NCBI GenBank assembly: GCA_963740315.1
Contig: CAVUDP010000002.1
Location: 1,056,001-1,120,000 of the forward strand
Source of the DNA: an uncultured cyanobacterium
Lineage (GTDB): Bacteria > Cyanobacteriota > Cyanobacteriia > Cyanobacteriales > Nostocaceae
Length of the DNA stretch: 64,000 nt
Direction: 5' to 3'
How positions within the stretch are numbered: the first letter of the stretch is position 1; every line of letters starts with the position of its first letter. The notes beneath the pieces are model-generated. The model was not told the origin of the DNA. It ran no database searches and saw only the letters and a program-made list of their open reading frames with translations. The translations under genes were made by a program, and so were the position numbers. This document shows, piece after piece, positions 52,800 to 62,284 of the stretch.

Positions 52800-55700
52800 T
52801 TATATTAAATCAGTTTCCCGTACATTTAAAATCTTCTTCACTTCAGTTAAAAACGCCAACAAATTAAATAGCGACTTTCCTCTCATATGATTAAACAAAG
52901 AAAGTGCCCCAACCGAATCATCACCGATCAAATTTTCATAAGGATTTAACTTAAGGCTAATTTTGTCCGCTTTCTCGTACCGCGAAAAGTGAAACAAAGT
53001 CAATAAATTTAATATTTCATTTTTCAAATCGCCGTTAAAAATCAAACCTCTGTAAATATCTTCATCATCTAAAATACCTTGATAGATATTAGCGAAAGTA
53101 GCGTAAGAAATTACACCATTATAATTGCGCTCAACACCTTTACCAATGGTGACACCATTAAATAAATTGAAGAATACAACAGATTTTTTACTGGGGTCAT
53201 CGACAATATTCGCTAATTCTACTGTATCTTGAATATACAAAGAACTGTCTTCTATTTTGTCTTGAAACTTGCTAGCATAATATTTATCGAAAAACATCGG
53301 ATAAATTTTAATATTATCGTGTGTGGATTTCAAAGCCCGAATAACTTCTTTTGACATGAAGAATAATCCATCATCTTCTTCCTTTTGCGTCATGTATAAA
53401 CTGCTGGTATAAGGTGCTTTTGCAATGTAAATAAAGCGTCTGTATCCTTTTTGATAAAGTTTAGCAACTTCATCAATGATTACTGTAGGATGACTAAATA
53501 TCTGTTGTTGCTGGTAATTATCGGAAAAAGTTTTGATAAGTTTTACTTTGACAGCACCATTTTGACAGGTAAAACCTAAAATTTCTCCCATGACATTAGA
53601 AATTTTTTGAGAGCTTCTCCAACTTCTATCGCTTTCCCGACTTGATACTATTATTATTGCCAGATTATCTACTATTTTCGGAGTTGACGCATCATTGAAG
53701 GTAAACTTTTTCGGAAGTACCGAATATAGCGAACTAAATACATTAGGTAGTTTAAATTTTACTAGATTTCTAATAATTACACCTTGAGCATTAGAACGAT
53801 GTTCCTCGTTTAATAAATGAGATAATGATTTCGATAAAGATACTATCGCTTTTTCTATTGGTGCATCATCTTCTTTATTATGTAAATGCAACCGCAAAAT
53901 CGGAATAAATAATGGTTTTTGCTCGTGCAATATTACTTTTAAACTCATGTATGCCAACAGAGAAAAAGTAAAATTATAAACAAATAATTGCTGAGACTCT
54001 AACCGATTATCTTCTAATCTATATGGGAATAATATTAACTTGCGTTGTTTTAAACTTTTATTGTACTCATTTTGACATTGGCTATCTTCAAACGGTAAAA
54101 ACAATATGGGTAAAGCACGGACATTTTTGATATCGTACTCCATATTAAAACTTTGTCTTTCATCTGATGAAGCGTAATGAATGTCGTTAATAGTGATTTT
54201 AGCAGGGAGAGAGCAAAGGGTATTTATTTTCGCACTTGCTTCACCGATGGATATGTATTTAAGAAGTTCTTTGGGATTACCTCTCAAAACAGGTTTAAAA
54301 AATGTATTGCGATCGAATATCTCCTGAATATCTCTTTCAAGAATGCTTTTACCGACAGAAATATGTAACGGATATTCTCTAGTAGGAAAATTCCGCTTCG
54401 ATTTAATCAGATTGCTTAAAGATTTCTTGAGAGTTGTGATTTTATTCTGAATATTATACTTTTCAAAACCCTTAATAATTCCTCTAAATAGTTTTCTTTT
54501 CGCTTCATCATCATCCCCTTTAAGAATTGGTATTACCTTTTCGTCAAATCCTGGAATCGGATTATATTCTAATTCCCAATTTTGATTGCCATCGTTAGTT
54601 GATGTTGGACGAAAGGCAAACATCAGATAATATAAAAAAACGATTCTTAAAACTTTGCTCGCAAAAGTCTTTTTTTTCAAAGCATCGTTTAATTGCTCCT
54701 GATGTTCCTTGCTATCTGGATTCAGTAAATTTAAATAATATTCAAATACATTTTTACCACCATAAGCCTGTACCTTGCCATCAAACTTAAGTTTCAAACC
54801 AAAAATAAACTGAATTTCTCCCTTATCTTCATCTTTCGTTTCTCCTAAATAACCTTCCACCTTAGGAATAATCGGTAAACTATCAAAAGCTTCACCACGA
54901 GAAAAAATATCCCTGTAATTTAAGGAAACTCCGGCATAATTCACCAAATAATCGCCATCAGCTTTATTGATATCGTTAATATACTCTTCGACTAAGCGCA
55001 AACGTCTGATAGTATCTTGTAAATAAATCGCAGCTTGAGCATTATTACCAGTATCTGTATTCAAATTTTCGTGAAGAAACTCTAAATAATTAATCTGTGC
55101 TTGTTTTTTGAGTTTTCCTAAAGTTTGTCTATCGATAATTTCTCTGAGCTTATAAAAATCCGATTCGACTTTATCTTTATCTTGATATAAATCATCAAGA
55201 ATATAGCTTAAATCTTCGCGCTCCGATTCACTTCGATCGCCAAATTCAGCTTTGATATACTTTTCTAAACCCGATCGCAACTGCTCGTTAAATTCTTTAG
55301 TTTTCTGTACGCTAATAGTTAACTTGTGAAATCGTAAAAGTTCTTTACCTTTTTCACTTCGATCGGATACAGTTAATCGCTGCTTTTGTAAATTGTTATA
55401 ATCCTTGAAAGGATAGGAAAAATCTAAACTAGAACTATTACCTTTAAAACTCTCTAAATCTGTAGCTAAATTTTCTACAAACTGCTGAATTGATAATGAA
55501 TGCCGCTCAACCTGAGATGTTAATAAATGCTGCAAGCGATCGTTAATCTCTCGAATTTGTTCGGGAAACTTTTCTGCAAAACCCGGACTAAAATTTACGC
55601 TAGCAGTCTTCGCACCGTTACTAGAAGCGCCCATTGGACTATTTATTGATAAACTTGCAACTTGATTCGCAACATTATTAATACCAATCAATAATCGTTG

Positions 55701-55826
55701 TCGATCCTCAGATATCTTAAATATATTTTCATGCTGCGGATTATTTAGAACTTGTAAAATCTTATTTAATAAATCGCTGTAGTCTACATAAACTAACTCG
55801 TTATTCCCCGATTGTAGAATATTCAC
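52800..55826 (-). CDS. Large hypothetical protein with putative catalytically inactive MID-PIWI (Argonaute-like) C-terminal module
   Basis: 1008-aa ORF, GTG start with GGAG upstream (the ORF itself is secure). C-terminal motif order SNAQG...NVFSSLY...LAIIIVSS...RRFIYIAKAP...EILNLLTLFHF...LNPY parallels MID/PIWI (by-eye inference). Confidence 0.6.
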   Translation of the reverse strand: MNILQSGNNELVYVDYSDLLNKILQVLNNPQHENIFKISEDRQRLLIGINNVANQVASLSINSPMGASSNGAKTASVNFSPGFAEKFPEQIREINDRLQHLLTSQVERHSLSIQQFVENLATDLESFKGNSSSLDFSYPFKDYNNLQKQRLTVSDRSEKGKELLRFHKLTISVQKTKEFNEQLRSGLEKYIKAEFGDRSESEREDLSYILDDLYQDKDKVESDFYKLREIIDRQTLGKLKKQAQINYLEFLHENLNTDTGNNAQAAIYLQDTIRRLRLVEEYINDINKADGDYLVNYAGVSLNYRDIFSRGEAFDSLPIIPKVEGYLGETKDEDKGEIQFIFGLKLKFDGKVQAYGGKNVFEYYLNLLNPDSKEHQEQLNDALKKKTFASKVLRIVFLYYLMFAFRPTSTNDGNQNWELEYNPIPGFDEKVIPILKGDDDEAKRKLFRGIIKGFEKYNIQNKITTLKKSLSNLIKSKRNFPTREYPLHISVGKSILERDIQEIFDRNTFFKPVLRGNPKELLKYISIGEASAKINTLCSLPAKITINDIHYASSDERQSFNMEYDIKNVRALPILFLPFEDSQCQNEYNKSLKQRKLILFPYRLEDNRLESQQLFVYNFTFSLLAYMSLKVILHEQKPLFIPILRLHLHNKEDDAPIEKAIVSLSKSLSHLLNEEHRSNAQGVIIRNLVKFKLPNVFSSLYSVLPKKFTFNDASTPKIVDNLAIIIVSSRESDRSWRSSQKISNVMGEILGFTCQNGAVKVKLIKTFSDNYQQQQIFSHPTVIIDEVAKLYQKGYRRFIYIAKAPYTSSLYMTQKEEDDGLFFMSKEVIRALKSTHDNIKIYPMFFDKYYASKFQDKIEDSSLYIQDTVELANIVDDPSKKSVVFFNLFNGVTIGKGVERNYNGVISYATFANIYQGILDDEDIYRGLIFNGDLKNEILNLLTLFHFSRYEKADKISLKLNPYENLIGDDSVGALSLFNHMRGKSLFNLLAFLTEVKKILNVRETDLI

Positions 55827-55954
55827 CCCGGTAACTCCAATAATGATTACTTAATAAATAATCTTTACAGGTACCCAGACGCTACCGCGATTTAACGTAG
55901 AAATTATATCAATATTGTTACTTTGTGAAAGAGGGAGTAGTCACGCACCAATTT

Positions 55955-56064
55955 CTCGTTCCCAGGCACAGCGGGGGCAATGCCAATGCAGGAGGCTCTG
56001 CCTCTGAATATACTTGAGGCGGAGCCTCACACACAGGAGTTTCCAGCCAGAGACTGGGAACTAG
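55955..56064. mobile_element. MITE-like element with 11-bp TIRs and internal GAGGC..GCCTC palindromes
   Basis: CTCGTTCCCAG / CTGGGAACTAG ends; region flanked by 14-bp direct repeat AATATTGTTACTTT at 55911-55924 and 56067-56080. Confidence 0.7.
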
Positions 56065-56203
56065 TTAATATTGTTACTTTATAAATAACTCATAACCGTG
56101 ATTAAATCCCCACCAAATATAAAATATACGTAGTATTTGTTTACTTCTAGTTTTAAATCGGTAAAAATAGTTATGCACCTCAGACTTCGATCGAGTGACT
56201 TCT

Positions 56204-57730
56204 ATGTCCTTCTGCATTAATCCCAATTGCTCGAAGCCAGAAAATTCTAGCAATATATTATTTTGTCAAAGCTGTGGTTCGGAATTGTTATTGGAAGGAC
56301 GTTATCGGACAATAAAGTTATTAGGACAAGGTGGTTTTGGTAAAACTTATGAAGTAAACGATGTCGTTAGTAATATTTCCAGGGTACTAAAAGTTCTGAT
56401 CGATAATCAACCCAAGGCTGTGGAGCTATTTCAGCGGGAAGGGGAAGTGCTGAAAATGTTAGAACACCCTGGTATTCCCAAGGTAGAAAAAGATGACTAT
56501 TTTATTTATTTTTCCAGAGCTAGTCAGCAACCATTGCACTGTTTGGTAATGGAGAAAATTGAAGGGATGGATTTGCAAGAGTATATGCAAAAACGCGAAA
56601 ATCGTCCCATCAAGGAAAAGTTAGCAGTGCAATGGTTAAAGCAAATAGTTAACATTCTGCAACTGGTTCACGATCGGAACTTTTTTCATCGAGATATCAA
56701 ACCTCCAAATATCATGCTAAGGGCAACTGGACGTTTGGCACTAATTGATTTCGGTGCAGCGCGAGAAGCCACACAAACCTACTATTTAGCCCATCAACAA
56801 GGTAAAGTTACTGGCTTGATATCGATTGGATATACCCCAAGCGAACAAATGAACGGTCAAGCTGTACCGCAATCGGATTTTTTTGCTTTAGGACGCACGT
56901 TTGTGTTTCTATTGACGGGTAAAGAACCATTAGACACAGCAATTTATAACTCCTATAACGATACAATGCATTGGCGTGATGTAGTACCGGATATTTCACC
57001 CAAATTTGCAGATTTAATTGACCGCATGATGGAACGTTTGCCCAGTCAACGTCCTACTGATACCAGGGAGATATTACAAGCTTTGGCAGAAATTGAGCAA
57101 GCTGTGAATCCAGCACAAGTAAGTTCTCCTCAGTCTTTCAATCAACCGTTTCCACCAATACAATCGGCTCCATTAAAACCTCAAAGTACTCAACAAAGCA
57201 CATTATATGCAGCAACTCCACAACCGGATATTGGCGAGAAATTTTGGACATGGTGGCTAGTAGCACATATTGTTGGTTTTGCAACTCTTGGAATTTTACT
57301 TCCAATTACACAATGGTTGGTTCTGCGAAGATGGGTAACTTGGGTATCTAAAACTGGTGAGTGGATTTTAGTAACTGCTGTAGGGCTTCTTGTAGGGATT
57401 GGTGTCGGTTCGGTGGCAACTTTTTTTGTAGGGATAGAGGGGTGGTTTTGGAATATTAGTCTGGGGTTTACTTTACTTGGATTAATACAATGGCTTTTAC
57501 TAAGATGGTGGGTTTCCCACGCTGGTTGGTGGATTGTAGCTAATGCTATGGTAAGTTTAGTTGCTTCTATTCTCCTGATTGCATGGGCGTTTTTGACTAC
57601 TGGTAGCTTCAATATATTCCTAAGTAGTAGTACGCCAGTTAGTATGGTGCTAATTTACATAATAACTTACCCATTAATTACAGGATTCGTCCTAATACGG
57701 CTGTTGCGAAATCCGATTTCAAATCCTTAG
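56204..57730 (+). CDS. Ser/Thr protein kinase with N-terminal 4-Cys zinc ribbon and C-terminal multi-TM domain
   Basis: CINPNC...CQSC, LGQGGFG, VLK, HRDIKPPN, DFG; Trp-rich TM repeats. Confidence 0.93.
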   Translation: MSFCINPNCSKPENSSNILFCQSCGSELLLEGRYRTIKLLGQGGFGKTYEVNDVVSNISRVLKVLIDNQPKAVELFQREGEVLKMLEHPGIPKVEKDDYFIYFSRASQQPLHCLVMEKIEGMDLQEYMQKRENRPIKEKLAVQWLKQIVNILQLVHDRNFFHRDIKPPNIMLRATGRLALIDFGAAREATQTYYLAHQQGKVTGLISIGYTPSEQMNGQAVPQSDFFALGRTFVFLLTGKEPLDTAIYNSYNDTMHWRDVVPDISPKFADLIDRMMERLPSQRPTDTREILQALAEIEQAVNPAQVSSPQSFNQPFPPIQSAPLKPQSTQQSTLYAATPQPDIGEKFWTWWLVAHIVGFATLGILLPITQWLVLRRWVTWVSKTGEWILVTAVGLLVGIGVGSVATFFVGIEGWFWNISLGFTLLGLIQWLLLRWWVSHAGWWIVANAMVSLVASILLIAWAFLTTGSFNIFLSSSTPVSMVLIYIITYPLITGFVLIRLLRNPISNP

Positions 57731-57818
57731 AAGCAAGAGCTAAATCGGTTAAAATTTGCGTCCCTCTGCGCTAACCTTTGCGTGATGCGTTTAAAATAAA
57801 AAATATTCAGATTTTAAC

Positions 57819-58406
57819 ATGAACGCTTCATTAATTCCCCCAACTCCCACCCTACAACTAACAATCGACTTAACCGACGAACAATTTTGGCAACTATGTC
57901 AAAAAAATCAAGAATGGAAATTTGAACGTACAGCATCGGGGGAATTATTAATCATGTCACCAACGGGAGGAGAAACAGGAAACCGCAATATTGAAATAGC
58001 GTATCAACTTCAAGGTTGGAGTCGTAAGAATAATTTAGGTAAAGCTTTTGATTCTTCCACAGGTTTTAAACTACCCAACGGTGCAAATCGCTCTCCCGAC
58101 GCTTCTTGGATAACTATAGAAAAATGGGAATCTTTAACCGCAGAACAAAAACGAAAATTTTTACCTTTATGTCCAGATTTTGTATTGGAATTGCGATCGC
58201 CTACCGACTCATTGAAGAAAATACGCGAGAAAATGCAGGAATATATCGAAAATGGCGCACGCTTGGGTTGGTTAATTAATGTAGAAGCACGACTTGTAGA
58301 GATTTATCGTCAAGGTAAAGAAGTAGAAATATTAGAAAACCCCCTAACACTATCCGGTGAAGACGTTTTACCCGGATTCCTATTTGATTTAACAACAATA
58401 ATGTAG
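57819..58406 (+). CDS. Uma2 family (DUF820) endonuclease-like protein
   Basis: FERTASGELLIMSPTGGETG, RSPDASW, PDFVLELRSPTD, KMQEY..NG. Confidence 0.92.
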   Translation: MNASLIPPTPTLQLTIDLTDEQFWQLCQKNQEWKFERTASGELLIMSPTGGETGNRNIEIAYQLQGWSRKNNLGKAFDSSTGFKLPNGANRSPDASWITIEKWESLTAEQKRKFLPLCPDFVLELRSPTDSLKKIREKMQEYIENGARLGWLINVEARLVEIYRQGKEVEILENPLTLSGEDVLPGFLFDLTTIM

Positions 58407-58435
58407 AGACGTTGCAAAATTCAGTTATTTTATAA

Positions 58436-60991
58436 CTAAAAACTACATCGTAAATGCCATCTACCAATCCCAACTAAAATCAAACTAATAATAAGTCCTA
58501 AGATAGTAATTCGTCGTTTGCGATTTTGTTCGATTTCGCGATCGCAAACTAACACAGAACGTTGAATAAAATCTCTTTCTTTAACACTAAGTTCTTCAAA
58601 GCGTTTTTGCTGCCAGTCTTGGGCTATTGCTAAGGATACACCTCTGTACAGCGCACCTTCATCTTCACTGCTTTTTTCCCATTGATATATTGCCGATCGC
58701 AATTGTTCTTGCCAGCGTCGAAAGTCAGTATCAGCCTGTATCCAGTGTTCTAAACGTCCCCAACTTTTAATCAAAGCTTCATGAACAATTTCTACCGTTT
58801 CTTCACCAGTGGAATCGTTACGATTTGTGACTAACAAACGAGCAGATGCTAAATGAGTTACTAAATCCCAATTATTTACTTGAGAGCGAGTTGCCAACCT
58901 GCGAGTAGCTTGAGTACCTTCTTCCAAACGCACTAACTGAATAAATATCCGTTTCGCTCTTTCTCGATCGCCGAATGAAAGCCGAGCATATATTTGCTCC
59001 CCATATTCAGCCAAAGCACCTTCCACACAGCCGATTTTAGCATAATCATCGTGCAGCAATTCACCGTTTTGCTGTTTGGACCATAACTGAGTTAAGGCAA
59101 ATTCCAACAGTGGTAGATTCCCTAATTCTCCCCATACATCATCAATTAATCTATGTGCTAGTCCTAGCTCTAATTTGACTTTCATCTTAATTGCAGGCTT
59201 TTCAATTACCGAGTGCAATTCTTCCCGACTCATTGGACCGAGATTAAGCACGGCTCCTTGCAAAGCGTCACTAAATGGACGGTAAGATAAAGCATGACCG
59301 TAAAAGTCGGCTCTAAGGGTGATAATTAAACTAAAAGCTGGGGCTAAACTAACAGCAACCAATAATCCATCTAGAAAAGATTGGGTTTCAGACTTAAGAC
59401 AAAGCGTGTACAATTCTTCAAACCGATCCGCGATTAATGCTAAACGAATGTTGGGATTTTGCTTGATAAACTCCGCAATAATTGTTTGTAGAGCAAAGCG
59501 ATCGCATTCTAATCGTGCAGCGAGTTCTTCTTCAAGCAAAGGCAAATCATTTTCACCCATTACATTCTGTTGCAGAAAATTAACGGATAAGCACAAAGGT
59601 AACAAAGCACTTGCCAATGCTTTAAAAGGTTTGTTACCGGGACGAAAAGAAATTATCTTCCAGTTTGTATTCTCATCTTTTCGCAACTGGGGAATCAAAC
59701 CAGCAAACACTACGCTGGACTTACCACTCCCGCTAGGACCAACCACAGCTACAAATGTTTTACTTTTTACAGCTTTCAGCAAATTAAAACAAAACAGTTC
59801 CCGCCCAAAAAACAGGTCTGTATCTGCTTCAGAGAAAGCAAATAATCCCCGATAAGGACAGGGAGGCATTCCTCCCAAACTTAACCAGTTTGGCGGTTCT
59901 AATGCTGGATTTTGAAAAATCACGGGTAAACATGAAGCACCAGGAAATTTATGTTCTAATCCTTGCAGTTGCCTACGTGCTTTTTGAAATGATATGTATA
60001 AAGAGTTTCTATCTTTAGCAAAAAATTCTAAGAAAAATTTGAAAAAAACTTGTGCAACTAGGTTTGATACTGGCTCGCGCATTACCATTGTTGTAGGAAT
60101 ATTTAACTTTTCCAGCACCGAAGCCAGTCCCAACCCATCACAAGAATTAAATATTGCTAATTTCAAACCATTCTCAATTGCTGCTTTGAGAGCTTCTTCT
60201 AATTGTTCGAGTGTTAAACTGTTGTTTGTAGGGTTTTCATTAATATAAATTTTTCCTTTTTCGTCCTCAGTTTGGCTGTGACCTGCAAAAAAAAGCACGT
60301 CCCAACCAAGGGAATCCCAAAGACATCGATTAAATTCCTCGCGTGACGGTTGAATTAGAAATTTGACTTGTGCATCTTGCAAACTTCTCAGAAAGCCACT
60401 TTCTGCTTCTAAATCAATACCAACACTGTTACCCATAACTGCCAAGATTCTGACTTTATTTTTAGTCAATCTCGATCGTGCTAAGACAGCAGTTCTTCTA
60501 TATTCCTGTCTAAAAAGAGCGATTTCAGAATAGGGATAATCATCAAGAAAATCCCACCAACACCAGGGTATACGTCGCAGCCATAAATCGCTAGTTTCAA
60601 TAACTATCTGTATTTCCTCTTCCGGAATTAATGCAGAACGTAATTTACGCTCTATATTCAAGAATTCCTCAGATTTCAGCCAAGCATTAACGCTTACCCG
60701 TAACTGTCCAGATAAATTATCAAAGTTGACATCGGAAATATTAGTTATATCAGTTTGATTTATTTCTATTTCATCATCTTCAAGCAATGTCGATCGCAAA
60801 TTTAAACAATCGTAAAAGCTGCGATACATAAATTGCCAACGCTTATATAGTTCCACTAAATGTGGTGCTGGTGGCAATGAGCCGACAAATTGTTCTGGGA
60901 CATGACCTCGAACCCATAACTGAGCCGTTACTTGTTCGCATCCTTTATATAAATCGCTATTTCCGAGATTAATTACAACTGACTTACTCAT
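58436..60991 (-). CDS. CHAT (caspase-like) protease + nSTAND1-type NTPase ending in a TM helix; no C-terminal repeat sensor
   Basis: FFAGHS...FNSCDG dyad; CPYRGLFAF, FFGRE, GPSGSGKSS, DRFEE, TLRADF, LPLLEFAL, VEIVHEALI. Confidence 0.88.
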   Translation of the reverse strand: MSKSVVINLGNSDLYKGCEQVTAQLWVRGHVPEQFVGSLPPAPHLVELYKRWQFMYRSFYDCLNLRSTLLEDDEIEINQTDITNISDVNFDNLSGQLRVSVNAWLKSEEFLNIERKLRSALIPEEEIQIVIETSDLWLRRIPWCWWDFLDDYPYSEIALFRQEYRRTAVLARSRLTKNKVRILAVMGNSVGIDLEAESGFLRSLQDAQVKFLIQPSREEFNRCLWDSLGWDVLFFAGHSQTEDEKGKIYINENPTNNSLTLEQLEEALKAAIENGLKLAIFNSCDGLGLASVLEKLNIPTTMVMREPVSNLVAQVFFKFFLEFFAKDRNSLYISFQKARRQLQGLEHKFPGASCLPVIFQNPALEPPNWLSLGGMPPCPYRGLFAFSEADTDLFFGRELFCFNLLKAVKSKTFVAVVGPSGSGKSSVVFAGLIPQLRKDENTNWKIISFRPGNKPFKALASALLPLCLSVNFLQQNVMGENDLPLLEEELAARLECDRFALQTIIAEFIKQNPNIRLALIADRFEELYTLCLKSETQSFLDGLLVAVSLAPAFSLIITLRADFYGHALSYRPFSDALQGAVLNLGPMSREELHSVIEKPAIKMKVKLELGLAHRLIDDVWGELGNLPLLEFALTQLWSKQQNGELLHDDYAKIGCVEGALAEYGEQIYARLSFGDRERAKRIFIQLVRLEEGTQATRRLATRSQVNNWDLVTHLASARLLVTNRNDSTGEETVEIVHEALIKSWGRLEHWIQADTDFRRWQEQLRSAIYQWEKSSEDEGALYRGVSLAIAQDWQQKRFEELSVKERDFIQRSVLVCDREIEQNRKRRITILGLIISLILVGIGRWHLRCSF

Positions 60992-61030
60992 TAAGAATAG
61001 GATGAGTGCATTATTATCAGCATTTATATT

Positions 61031-61705
61031 TTACCTAACTTCCACCAAAACCTTCTCCAACAATCCCTGAAACAACTTCAACCCATCAGTATTACCCAAC
61101 ATCGGATCGGAAGCCCTCTCCGGATGCGGCATCATACCCAACACATTACCGTCACCATTGCAAATACCTGCAATATCTCTTAACGAACCATTGAGATTTT
61201 CACCGTAACGAAATACAACTTGGTTATTATCTTCCAACTTCGCCAAAGTTTTATCGTCCGCATAAAATCGTCCTTCACCATGAGCCACGGGTAAAATTAT
61301 CTGTTCGCCATCTTGATAACCTTGCGTCCAAGGTAGATCGTTACGTTCAACCAGAAGCGGTACCCGATCGCAGATAAAATGTAAATCTTGATTTTTAATT
61401 AACGCACCCGGTAACAATCCCGACTCAGTTAATACCTGAAAACCATTGCAGATACCCAAGACAAACTTACCCTTTTGTGCGTGTGCGATAACAGAAGACA
61501 TCACCGGAGAAAACCGAGCGATCGCACCACAACGCAAATAATCACCATAGCTAAAACCGCCGGGTAGAATCACCACATCAATATCGGAAATATCCGTATC
61601 TTGATGCCAAACCATACGAGTTGGTTGAGACAAAATATCTCGCGTCACATAAGCAACATCGCGATCGCAATTAGAACCGGGGAAAACAACAACGCCGAAT
61701 TTCAT
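61031..61705 (-). CDS. purQ: FGAM synthase glutaminase subunit
   Basis: [37 protein letters not shown]. Confidence 0.98.
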   Translation of the reverse strand: MKFGVVVFPGSNCDRDVAYVTRDILSQPTRMVWHQDTDISDIDVVILPGGFSYGDYLRCGAIARFSPVMSSVIAHAQKGKFVLGICNGFQVLTESGLLPGALIKNQDLHFICDRVPLLVERNDLPWTQGYQDGEQIILPVAHGEGRFYADDKTLAKLEDNNQVVFRYGENLNGSLRDIAGICNGDGNVLGMMPHPERASDPMLGNTDGLKLFQGLLEKVLVEVR

Positions 61706-61862
61706 AAGGTTAAAGGTATAAAGAGGGGGAAGAGGGGGAAGAGGGGGAAGAGGGGGGAGAGGGGGAAATTTAGCCTGTTAACTATTAACTATTAACTCCT
61801 AACTCCTAATTCCTAATTCCTAACTGCTCGCTGGTAACTGTTCACTGTTCACTGCTCACTGC

Positions 61863-62141
61863 TCAAACTGCTCCAATAACCGATTCCACCTCAGTTAAAT
61901 CGAAGCGGTAGTTTTCAATTACGGGATTTGCGAGCATTTTGTCGCATATTTTATCTAAGTCTTGACGGGCTGAATCCTCCGAATCTGAAGTAATCGTCAA
62001 TTCTATATATTTCCCGATTCTTACTTGTTCAACGTTGTCGTATTCCATCTGCTTTAGCCCGGATTGTACTGCGACACCTGCCGGATCTAAAACTGACGGA
62101 CGAAGAGTTACAAAAATTTTGGCTTGATACTTAATTGACAC
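61863..62141 (-). CDS. purS: FGAM synthase subunit PurS
   Basis: LRPSVLDPAG, RIGKYIE, LANPVIENY. Confidence 0.96.
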   Translation of the reverse strand: MSIKYQAKIFVTLRPSVLDPAGVAVQSGLKQMEYDNVEQVRIGKYIELTITSDSEDSARQDLDKICDKMLANPVIENYRFDLTEVESVIGAV

Positions 62142-62284
62142 TTAATCTTACCCAATGCTGCTCTGGGTATACTATATCTTTCTGTTGTCACCAATTGGAA
62201 ATGATAATCTGAGATCGTTAAAGTAAATTAAATAGAAGTGGTAATAGAAATTATTTCTTACTGTTATTTGAATAGTTATCTTTT

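Noticed and set aside
59319..59855. 178-aa plus-strand ORF and other antisense ORFs (e.g. 57190-57612, 33864-34235, 5851-6159, 26967-27275)
   Set aside because: Shadow frames fully overlapping well-supported genes on the opposite strand
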